7,586 nucleotides of DNA from a virus (lineage: Duplodnaviria > Heunggongvirae > Uroviricota > Caudoviricetes): the IMG/VR virus record IMGVR_UViG_2778261594_000011, positions 1-7,586 of that record. The stretch is one strand, 5' to 3'. Below the pieces are notes generated by a model. That model was not told the origin of the DNA. It searched no databases and saw nothing but the letters and a program-made list of their open reading frames with translations. Both the position numbers and the translations under genes were made by a program. Of the stretch, positions 1 to 6,904 are shown piece by piece. Each line of letters starts with the position of its first letter. Within the stretch, counting starts at the first letter, position 1.

Positions 1-1158
1 ATGCCGAGAATAATCGAATTACGCCAGCAGAAAACCGCCATTAAAAATCAGATGCGCGACATGCTGGAGAACGCGGAAAAAGAAAACCGCAGCCTTAACG
101 ATGCTGAGGGCGCAAAATTTGACGAATTACGCGCTAAAGCTGAATCCCTCGATAAAGACATTTCCCGCCTTGAGGCCGTTGCAGACGAAGAGCGCAGCAA
201 GCCAGGTAAAAGCAGCCAGACCACTGACCCCGCCGAACTCCGCAACTACATTCTGACAGGTGAAACCCGCGCATTAAGTACAGGTGTCCCCGCTGATGGT
301 GGTTATACCGTTATCCCCGAACTGAACACCGAAATCATGCGAATGCTGGCGGACGAGTCCACGATGCGCCGCATCTGTACCGTGAAGAAAATCAGCAGCA
401 ACGAGTTTAAGCAGCTTGTTTCCGCTGGCGGTGCGACCGTTAACCACGGTGAAGAGGGTAAGGCACGCGAACAGACCAGCACCCCGCAGATTAACGAGGT
501 GAGCATCAAGCTGTATCCGGTATACGCCTATCCGCGCACCACACAGGAGATCGTTGATTTTTCCGATGTGGACATCCTTTCATGGCTGACGGGTGAGATT
601 GGCGACACCTTCACGGAAACCGAAGAAAGCGATCTGGTTGTGGGCGATGGTGACAAAAAAGCAAAAGGCTTTTTATCCGTACCCCGTGCAGAGAAGAACG
701 ACAAAGAGCGTGATTTTGGTACGTTGCAGGTAATTAAACCTTCCGAATCTCTGGCATGGACATCTGCGGACCCGCTGATCGACCTGAAATTTGCATTACG
801 TAAAAAATACCGCAAAAACGCGGTATGGGTGGTTAACTCCACGACGGCGGCAAAACTCCAGAAGGTGAAGAACGCGAACGGCGATTACATCTGGCGCGAC
901 CGTTTACAGGCGGGTGATCCTGATACGTTGCTGGGGCTTCCGGTGGAATATCTGGAATTTATGCCGGATAACGTTATCGCCCTGGGTGACTTCAAACGCG
1001 GTTATTACATCGTTGATCATGAAACGGGCGTGCGCACCAGACCGGACAACCTGACAGAGCCGGGCTTTATCAAAATTTTCACGCAGAAATATTTAGGCGG
1101 TGGCGTGGTGGATTCGAACGCGATCAAGATTCTGGAACTGCCGCAGGACGACGATTAA
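1..1158 (+). CDS. Major capsid protein, HK97 fold, with N-terminal coiled-coil delta (scaffold-like) domain
   Basis: 385-aa ORF. The N-terminal ~70 aa are charged and coiled-coil-like (ELRQQKTAIKNQMRDMLENAEKENRSLNDAEGAKFDELRAKAESLDKDISRLEA), typical of the HK97 gp5 delta domain; the rest has the HK97-family MCP pattern. A protease gene follows immediately. The ATG is at window position 1, so the true start and RBS cannot be checked. A strong terminator hairpin follows the stop. Confidence 0.85.
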   Translation: MPRIIELRQQKTAIKNQMRDMLENAEKENRSLNDAEGAKFDELRAKAESLDKDISRLEAVADEERSKPGKSSQTTDPAELRNYILTGETRALSTGVPADGGYTVIPELNTEIMRMLADESTMRRICTVKKISSNEFKQLVSAGGATVNHGEEGKAREQTSTPQINEVSIKLYPVYAYPRTTQEIVDFSDVDILSWLTGEIGDTFTETEESDLVVGDGDKKAKGFLSVPRAEKNDKERDFGTLQVIKPSESLAWTSADPLIDLKFALRKKYRKNAVWVVNSTTAAKLQKVKNANGDYIWRDRLQAGDPDTLLGLPVEYLEFMPDNVIALGDFKRGYYIVDHETGVRTRPDNLTEPGFIKIFTQKYLGGGVVDSNAIKILELPQDDD

Positions 1159-1164
1159 CAGCAC

Positions 1165-1197
1165 ACCGAAGGGGCTAAAAAGCCCCTTCTCTGTTTT
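1165..1197 (+). terminator. Rho-independent terminator-like hairpin after the capsid gene
   Basis: Stem GAAGGGGCT (1168-1176), loop AAAA, stem AGCCCCTTC (1181-1189), then the U-rich tract TCTGTTTT (1190-1197). It sits 7 nt after the capsid stop and before the protease RBS, so it is probably a partial terminator or attenuator. Confidence 0.6.
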
Positions 1198-1212
1198 ACA
1201 GGTGAAAAAATT

Positions 1213-1770
1213 ATGATGAGTATGGAAATCCGGTCATCGGAAATCACCACCAGCGGCAGCAACACGCTTACGGGCTACGTTGTTCGCTGGGATAACCTTT
1301 CAGAACTGTTATGGGGCGAATTTTACGAAAAATTCCAGCGAGGGGCGTTTACTGAATGGCTTGCGGCGGGTAATGACGTTCGCGGCCTGTATGAGCATGA
1401 CCACAGCATGTTACTGGGGCGTACCCGTTCCGGTACGCTGAAACTTGAGGAGGACGAAACAGGGTTACGCTTTGAACTGACCCCACCGGATACCAGCACA
1501 GGGCGGGATGTTATCGAACTGGTTAAACGTGGTGACATCTCGGGCATGAGTTTTGGCTTTCGTTCCCGTAAGGATGTATGGGATACAACAGTCGATCCAT
1601 GTGTGCGTACTGTACTGATAGCGGAACTGTACGAAATTACCGTCACATCCGTACCGGCTTACCCTGATTCCGGCGTGGAGCTGGCCCGACGTTCCCTGTA
1701 TGAACAGCACCCTGAAAAAATGCCTCGTGCGGATAATCGCCGCTGGTGGGCGGATTTAGCGGGGGTGTGA
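1213..1770 (+). CDS. Prohead maturation protease, HK97 family (peptidase S78)
   Basis: 185-aa ORF with the His motif LYEHDH and the Ser motif DISGMSFGF at the spacing expected for HK97 gp4-type proteases. RBS AGGTGA lies ~8 nt upstream. Three in-frame ATGs (1213, 1216, 1222) leave the exact start ambiguous. Confidence 0.85.
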   Translation: MMSMEIRSSEITTSGSNTLTGYVVRWDNLSELLWGEFYEKFQRGAFTEWLAAGNDVRGLYEHDHSMLLGRTRSGTLKLEEDETGLRFELTPPDTSTGRDVIELVKRGDISGMSFGFRSRKDVWDTTVDPCVRTVLIAELYEITVTSVPAYPDSGVELARRSLYEQHPEKMPRADNRRWWADLAGV

Positions 1771-1771
1771 T

Positions 1772-2983
1772 ATGTGGCCTTTCAGAAGAAAAAAAGAGCA
1801 TCGCAGCATAACGCTTGATGAATTTATGGCGCTGGCTGGCACGTCGAATACGGGGGCGGGTGAGTACGTATCATCGGGGACAGCAGAATCACTACCCGCC
1901 GTCATGAACGCCGTCGCGGTCATTTCTGAGGCGGTGGCTACTATGCCCTGTTACCTGTACCTGGTACGCAATGAGAAGGGGAAGGAGGCGCGGGAGTGGC
2001 TTGATTCTCATCCGGTCGATCACATTCTCAACGAGCGCCCGAACGCATGGCAGACCCCCTACCAGTTTAAGCGAATGATGATCCGCCACTGCCTGTTAAA
2101 CGGTAATGCTTATGCGGTGATTCAGTGGGGGCGTGATGGTTTTCCGGTGGCGCTGCATCCCTACCCGCCGCAGTCGGTGAACGTGGAGCAGACAGGGGAA
2201 CACAACTGGCGTTACTGCATCACTGACGCCTACACCGGAAACACCCGCAACTATCTCCCGTGGGAGGTTCTCCACCTTCGTTACTCCACGGATGACGGCT
2301 TTATGGGGCGCTCACCTGTAACCATCTGCCGCGAATCGCTGGGGCTTGGGCTGGCCCAACAACGCCACGGCGCGAGCGTGATGCGTGATGGCATGATGGC
2401 GGCAGGGGTTATCACGTCAGGCGAATGGCTGGACGGCGTGAAGGGCAAACAGGCATTAGCCGCACTGGAACGCTACAAAGGGGCCAGAAACGCCGGAAAA
2501 ACGCCCATTCTTGAAGGGGGTATGAGCTATCAGCAACTGGGCATGAGTAATCAGGATGCTGAATGGCTGGCCTCCCGTCGCTTCACCATTGAAGACATCG
2601 CCCGAATGTTCAACGTCTCGCCGATTTTTTTGCAGGAATACAGCAACAGCACCTACAGCAATTTCAGCGAGGCAAGCCGCGCATTTCTCACCATGACGAT
2701 GCGCCCGTGGCTGGCCAACTTTGAGCAGCAGATAAAAAACGCCTTACTGGTGGCCTCCCCTGTACCTGGTATCCGGTATCAGGTGGAGTTTGACAGCGCG
2801 GACCTGTTACGGGCCACACCTGGCGAACGCTTTGCCACCTATGAGCGCGGCATTAAATCCGGCGTTATGTGCCCGAACGAAGCCCGTGAACGTGAAGGAT
2901 TATCCCCGCGTGATGGTGGTGATGAGTTTAGCCAGGCCTGGAAACAGGAGGTCAAAATCAGCGAGGGAGACAAGCCGCAATGA
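1772..2983 (+). CDS. Portal protein, HK97 family
   Basis: 403-aa ORF with typical HK97-type portal sequence character (e.g. FTIEDIARMFNVSPIFL, acidic C-terminus). The start is 1 nt after the protease stop (GTGTGAtATG). Confidence 0.88.
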   Translation: MWPFRRKKEHRSITLDEFMALAGTSNTGAGEYVSSGTAESLPAVMNAVAVISEAVATMPCYLYLVRNEKGKEAREWLDSHPVDHILNERPNAWQTPYQFKRMMIRHCLLNGNAYAVIQWGRDGFPVALHPYPPQSVNVEQTGEHNWRYCITDAYTGNTRNYLPWEVLHLRYSTDDGFMGRSPVTICRESLGLGLAQQRHGASVMRDGMMAAGVITSGEWLDGVKGKQALAALERYKGARNAGKTPILEGGMSYQQLGMSNQDAEWLASRRFTIEDIARMFNVSPIFLQEYSNSTYSNFSEASRAFLTMTMRPWLANFEQQIKNALLVASPVPGIRYQVEFDSADLLRATPGERFATYERGIKSGVMCPNEAREREGLSPRDGGDEFSQAWKQEVKISEGDKPQ

Positions 2984-3318
2984 ATATAGGGCGACTTCGT
3001 GACAGGGTGACGGTTCAGACCCTGAAACAGTCCAGAGCCGTGACGGGGGAAATACTCCAGACGTGGGAGGACGGCCCCACACTCTGGGCGAGCGTGAACA
3101 TGGTGAGCAGCAAGGAGGCCATTTCATCGGGTGCAGAGCTGGCAATTGGTACCGTAAGGATCTGGATACGCTACCGGAAGGATATCAACGCCAGCAGCCG
3201 GATAAAGGTCAATACGGGGGCGATGGCGGGGCGCGTGCTGAATATCATCGGGCAGCCGCTGCCGGATGCAGCCATGACACGCCTTGAAATTCTTTGCCGT
3301 GAGGGCGCAGAAAAATGA
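2980..3318 (+). CDS. Head closure / head-tail joining protein (SPP1 gp16 / Phage_H_T_join-like)
   Basis: 112-aa ORF with the characteristic pattern RLRDRVTVQ ... W ... VNMVSSKEA ... VRIWIRYRKDI ... RI ... GR ... LEILCRE. The start overlaps the portal stop (ATGA). Confidence 0.75.
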   Translation: MNIGRLRDRVTVQTLKQSRAVTGEILQTWEDGPTLWASVNMVSSKEAISSGAELAIGTVRIWIRYRKDINASSRIKVNTGAMAGRVLNIIGQPLPDAAMTRLEILCREGAEK

Positions 3319-3608
3319 CAGAACTTATCACCCTGGAAGAAGTGAAACTCCATTGCCGCATCGATGGCGACGAGGAAGACCAGCTAATCAGCGGATACAT
3401 TGCCGCATCGCTTGAGGCGTGTCAGATACACATAGGCAGGCGCTTTGATGACGGGCTGGAGTTCACGCCAGCCATAAAGATTGGCTGCATGATGTTTATT
3501 GCTCACCTGTACGAGAATCGCCAGCTGGTCGCGGATAACACCAGAACACGCGTACCCCTGACGATAGGCGCACTCTGGACGGCTTACCGTGATGTGGGGG
3601 TGTACTGA
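3315..3608 (+). CDS. gp6-like head-tail connector protein
   Basis: 97-aa ORF with the N-terminal pattern LITLEEVKLHCRIDGDEEDQLISGYIAASLEACQ..GRRF typical of HK97 gp6-like connectors. ATGA overlap with the upstream gene. Confidence 0.75.
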   Translation: MTELITLEEVKLHCRIDGDEEDQLISGYIAASLEACQIHIGRRFDDGLEFTPAIKIGCMMFIAHLYENRQLVADNTRTRVPLTIGALWTAYRDVGVY

Positions 3609-4048
3609 TGCCGTGGCAACCGTTAAGGCGATGTACCGAACCAGGCTGCAACAGGCGCGTGAAGTCCGGCAAGTGTGAAGAGCACAGACGCAGCGCACGC
3701 CAGCAGCAGGACAGCCGGAGAGGCAGCAGCAGGGATCGAGGGTATACCAGGCAGTGGGAGAAATACCGCGCCATGTACCTTAATAAAAACCCGTTATGCG
3801 TGCGATGCCTTGAGAAGGGAATATATACGCCCGCCGTGGTGGTGGATCACATTATCCCCATCGATGGCGGTAATGATGTTCTGTTCTGGCCTGAATGGAA
3901 TCATCAGCCATTGTGTCAGGCGTGTCATAACCAGAAAACGAAATGGCTTGATCCGGCCACAAAAAACAAGCGTGCCGCTGGCGGATTCCGTGAGGAGGAA
4001 GAACGGGCAGCCAACCGCAATAACTGGATGTATGACGCTGATGAATGA
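3608..4048 (+). CDS. HNH endonuclease (terminase-associated, cos-packaging type)
   Basis: 146-aa ORF with a Cys-rich N-terminus (CTEPGCNRRVKSGKCEEH) and an HNH core (DHIIPIDGGNDV ... NHQPLCQACHNQKT). TGATG overlap with the upstream gene. It sits directly upstream of the terminase genes, as in HNH-dependent cos phages. Confidence 0.85.
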   Translation: MPWQPLRRCTEPGCNRRVKSGKCEEHRRSARQQQDSRRGSSRDRGYTRQWEKYRAMYLNKNPLCVRCLEKGIYTPAVVVDHIIPIDGGNDVLFWPEWNHQPLCQACHNQKTKWLDPATKNKRAAGGFREEEERAANRNNWMYDADE

Positions 4049-4214
4049 GCGGGAACAAAACCGTCTTATCCGTGGACTTATAAGGCAGCGTGACGCATGG
4101 AAGACACAGGAAACAGGGCATAAAAGCACAAAGGAAGCGCGAACAGGGCGCACCACAGCAACGCGATTAACTGACCGTGACCGCGAGGTGATGGAATGTT
4201 TCCGCAATCGCTGA

Positions 4215-4290
4215 TGATGCTGCCGGACGGGTGGGGGGGAGTTTTCAGGACAAACCCGCCCCCGTCCAGAACCGACCGCCTCCTCAAATT
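4215..4290. other. Candidate cos / terminase recognition region (GC-rich inverted repeat followed by an AT-rich tract)
   Basis: Inverted repeat GGACGGG (4226-4232) / CCCGTCC (4261-4267) flanking a G7 run and a C-rich run, followed by AT-rich sequence up to the terS start. It lies in the 289-bp HNH-terS intergenic gap, the position of cos in HK97-like genomes. Positional inference only. Confidence 0.25.
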
Positions 4291-4337
4291 TTTATGCACG
4301 GGAATTTTTTGAAAAATAATCTGGCGAAAAAATAAGC

Positions 4338-4694
4338 ATGGCAAGACCACCGAAAGCCCCCGCCTACCTGGATGATATCGCCGTGAAGCAGTGGCGGGAA
4401 AAATCGCGGCAGCTTGCGGAACGGGGAGACCTGACCCCCGCCGACTGGAGCAATCTGGAACTGTATTGTGTCAACTACTCCATTTACCGGAAAGCCGTTG
4501 CAGACCTTGCGGCGCGCGGGTTCAGCATTGTTAACAGTCAGGGCGGCGAGAGCAGAAACCCCGCATTAAGCGCAAAATCCGACGCTGAAAGAGTGATGAT
4601 AAAAATGGCCTCCTTGCTCGGTTTTGACCCGATAAGCCGCCGTAAAAATCCACCGGAAACAGAAGAAGAGGACGAGCTTGACCGCCTGGAATAA
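4338..4694 (+). CDS. terS: Terminase small subunit, P27 family
   Basis: 118-aa ORF with sequence character typical of P27-family TerS (KQWREKSRQLAERGDLTPADWSNLELYCVNYSIYRKA; acidic C-terminal tail EEEDELDRLE). It sits immediately upstream of, and overlaps, the large terminase gene. Confidence 0.8.
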   Translation: MARPPKAPAYLDDIAVKQWREKSRQLAERGDLTPADWSNLELYCVNYSIYRKAVADLAARGFSIVNSQGGESRNPALSAKSDAERVMIKMASLLGFDPISRRKNPPETEEEDELDRLE

Positions 4695-6339
4695 GTACGC
4701 AGAAGACGTAAAAACGGGCAAAATTCCGGCCTGTAAACGGCTGAAACAGGCCGTTAAACGGTACTTTTCGGACCTTGAAAGCCCCCTTTACACGTTCGAT
4801 CGTGAGGTTGTGGAGCGGTTTATTGCCTTTTCCAGGGTGTGCCCGCACGTAAAAGGGCCGATGCGTGGCAGACCCATTGAGCTGGAGCCGTGGCAGCAGT
4901 TCGCCTTTGCGTGCATCCTCGGCTTTAAGGTTAAGGCCACCGGACGGCGCAAATACACGAGCGCCTTTATCGAAGTGCCGCGCAAAAATGCGAAATCCAC
5001 GACCGCCGCGATTCTGGCTAACTGGTTTCTGATTATGGAGAACGGGCAGCAGGATATTTACACCGCAGCGGTGAGCCGTGACCAGGCGCGGATCGTTTTT
5101 GATGATGCGCGTCAGATGTGCCTTTTATCCCGACCGTTACGCAGGCGGGTGAATATTCAGGCCCACAAGGTGATGCACCCGAAAAGCAACAGCCTGTTAA
5201 AGCCGCTGGCAGCAAAAGCGGCAACCATCGAGGGAACAAACCCCAGCCTTTCCATCGTGGACGAATACCACCTACACCCCGATAACGGCGTTTATTCCGC
5301 GCTTGAGCTGGGGATGGGCGCACGTCCCGAAGGGCTGTTATTTGCCATTACCACATCGGGCAGTAACGTCGTTTCAACCTGTAAACAGCACTATGATTAT
5401 TGCTGCCAGATCCTGGACGGCGAAGAGGTCAACGATTCAATTTTTGTGCTGATTTACGAGCTGGACGACGAAAACGAGGTTGATGATCCGGCGATGTGGA
5501 TAAAGGCTAACCCTAACATCGATGTTTCCGTGGATCGTGAAAAACTGGCCTCAACCATCCAGAAAGCGCGGGGTATTCCGTCGCAATGGGTGGAGATGAT
5601 GACAAAGCGATTTAATATCTGGTGCCAGGGGGCTACCCCGTGGATGGGTAACGGCGCATGGGCTGAGTGTGCCGGAACGTTCACGGAGGAAGATTTACAC
5701 GGGCAGGAGTGTTACGCGGGGCTGGACTTATCATCAACCAGCGATATTTCCAGCGTGTGCTATGCCTTTCCGGTCGGTAAAAATATCATGCTGGTTTCCC
5801 GTCATTATCTGCCGGAGTTCCAGCTACAGAACCCCGCCAATAAAAACCGCGCTGTCTATCGCCAGTGGGCTAAAGCGGGCTGGATACGCACAACGCCAGG
5901 TGACTGCATTGATTACGACCGGATCAGAGATGACATCATGCAGGATGCGGAGAAATTTAATATCAGGCTGGTGGGCTTTGATACGTGGAACGCCACGCAT
6001 CTCAGGACGCAATTACAGGGGGCTGGTTTTGAGGTGGAGCCGTTCCCGCAAACCTACCTCAGATTCAGTCCGGCGGCGAAATCGTTCGAAGTTTTTGTTA
6101 ACCGCAGGGTGATTGTGCATCGTGGCGATCCGGTGTTGTCCTGGTCGATGAGTAACGTCGTGATGCAGAGTGACGCGAACGCCAATATCAAGCCGAACAA
6201 GAAAAAATCACCGAACAAGATAGACCCGAGCGTAGCGGCGCTGATGGCGTTTGGTACATTCCAGGCAGAGCATGAGGATTTTGCTTTTGATATAAGCGAC
6301 AGCCACCGCCAGAAACTGGAAGAATTTAGCGGGGTGTAA
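4678..6339 (+). CDS. terL: Terminase large subunit (ATPase + nuclease), Terminase_1 / HK97 gp2-like
   Basis: 553-aa ORF. Walker A-like IEVPRKNAKSTTAA and Walker B-like LSIVDEYH in the N-terminal ATPase domain, with an acidic-residue-rich C-terminal nuclease region. The ORF as drawn starts at a TTG (4678-4680), 17 nt inside the terS 3' end; the first in-frame ATG is ~61 codons downstream, after the conserved N-terminal W..Y..DV..GKI..C motif, so the non-ATG start is plausible but unproven. Confidence 0.88.
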   Translation: MTAWNKYAEDVKTGKIPACKRLKQAVKRYFSDLESPLYTFDREVVERFIAFSRVCPHVKGPMRGRPIELEPWQQFAFACILGFKVKATGRRKYTSAFIEVPRKNAKSTTAAILANWFLIMENGQQDIYTAAVSRDQARIVFDDARQMCLLSRPLRRRVNIQAHKVMHPKSNSLLKPLAAKAATIEGTNPSLSIVDEYHLHPDNGVYSALELGMGARPEGLLFAITTSGSNVVSTCKQHYDYCCQILDGEEVNDSIFVLIYELDDENEVDDPAMWIKANPNIDVSVDREKLASTIQKARGIPSQWVEMMTKRFNIWCQGATPWMGNGAWAECAGTFTEEDLHGQECYAGLDLSSTSDISSVCYAFPVGKNIMLVSRHYLPEFQLQNPANKNRAVYRQWAKAGWIRTTPGDCIDYDRIRDDIMQDAEKFNIRLVGFDTWNATHLRTQLQGAGFEVEPFPQTYLRFSPAAKSFEVFVNRRVIVHRGDPVLSWSMSNVVMQSDANANIKPNKKKSPNKIDPSVAALMAFGTFQAEHEDFAFDISDSHRQKLEEFSGV

Positions 6340-6352
6340 TGAGGTCAGCAGC

Positions 6353-6634
6353 ATGACAGAAGCCGAAATACTGCGATTAATCCGCCGCGTCTCTGGAATC
6401 AGCCAGCAGGCTGACGAACAGACCACGCAGCCGGACAGCGTGACAGCCGAAAATTATGCGCGTGTTGTTGCTGAGGTGATGCGCCGTGATGGTATCCAGC
6501 TTAATGATGCGGATATGCGCGACATACGGATCCGCGTTCTGGAAATGCTGGCCTACAATCGCCGCGTTGAACTGTATCGGGAGAAGGAGAAAATCACGTA
6601 TCACTGGAAGAAGCCGGAGCGGTTACGGCGGTAA
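6353..6634 (+). CDS. Hypothetical small protein (93 aa), last gene of the packaging operon
   Basis: ATG with a GAGGT RBS ~8 nt upstream, 13 nt after the terL stop. The protein is charged and Arg-rich with no motif I recognise. Coding status rests on ORF length, the RBS and operon context only. Confidence 0.5.
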   Translation: MTEAEILRLIRRVSGISQQADEQTTQPDSVTAENYARVVAEVMRRDGIQLNDADMRDIRIRVLEMLAYNRRVELYREKEKITYHWKKPERLRR

Positions 6635-6678
6635 CTTGTTGATTAAAAGGCGGCTCAATTCTGAGCTGGGTAGCTGAC

Positions 6679-6719
6679 GGCGGTAACTGTTTGATATTCC
6701 CGATAACGCAAAATTGCGC
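6679..6719. repeat. ~41-bp direct repeat, copy 1 (GGCGGTAACTGTTTGATATTCCCGATAACGCAAAATTGCGC)
   Basis: Direct sequence comparison with copy 2 at 6861-6904, which differs at a few positions. It contains the 17-bp motif gGTAACTnnTTGATATT and a short terminal palindrome (CGCAA-AA-TTGCG). Confidence 0.8.
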
Positions 6720-6774
6720 TGGCTACATCCCTCACATCTGAGGACTGTTAACCAGCAGGCCGGAATATATTCAC

Positions 6775-6797
6775 AAACTACGAAATTTTCGTAGTTT
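6775..6797. repeat. 23-bp near-perfect palindrome AAACTACGAAA-t-TTTCGTAGTTT (operator-like)
   Basis: 11-bp arms that are exact reverse complements around a single central base; located between the two ~41-bp direct repeats. Confidence 0.85.
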
Positions 6798-6860
6798 AAT
6801 TACTCGCCAGTTTATCGTTAACTAGTTGATATTTTCGGAAACCTCAATTTGAGGAAGTCG

Positions 6861-6904
6861 GCGCGGTAACTGTTTTATATTCCCGATAGCGCAAAAATGC
6901 GCGG
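6861..6904. repeat. ~41-bp direct repeat, copy 2 (GCGCGGTAACTGTTTTATATTCCCGATAGCGCAAAAATGCGCGG)
   Basis: Imperfect direct copy of 6679-6719. It is preceded by the palindrome CCTCAA-t-TTGAGG (6842-6854), which mirrors GCTCA-attc-TGAGC (6650-6663) ahead of copy 1. Related partial motifs occur at 6629-6645 (GGTAACTTGTTGATTAA) and 6820-6836 (GTTAACTAGTTGATATT). Confidence 0.8.

Noticed and set aside
528-842. Minus-strand ORFs antisense to the capsid, protease, portal and terminase genes (e.g. 48-245, 303-509, 528-842, 1323-1646, 4531-4848, 5033-5323)
   Set aside because: All lie antisense within strongly supported + strand genes, lack convincing RBS context and give low-complexity translations. 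The range given is one example.
3675-4214. 179-aa + strand ORF overlapping the HNH gene in another frame
   Set aside because: It overlaps a well-supported HNH endonuclease ORF out of frame. The translation is Arg/Thr-rich and low-complexity with no recognisable motif, so it is probably a frame artefact of GC-rich coding sequence.
4960-5010. Walker A reads PRKNAKST (Ala where the canonical GK[ST] has Gly), suggesting a possibly inactive terminase ATPase
   Set aside because: Terminase P-loops are often deviant, and I cannot verify from sequence alone that this substitution is unusual for the family. It is worth checking in an alignment but is not supportable as a finding.
5669-6112. 147-aa + strand ORF inside terL
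   Set aside because: It lies entirely within the large terminase gene in an alternate frame, with an Arg/Ser-rich translation typical of an off-frame reading.
6486-6677. 63-aa + strand ORF overlapping the 3' end of the 93-aa ORF
   Set aside because: It overlaps ORF 6353-6634 out of frame and runs into the repeat region; no RBS.
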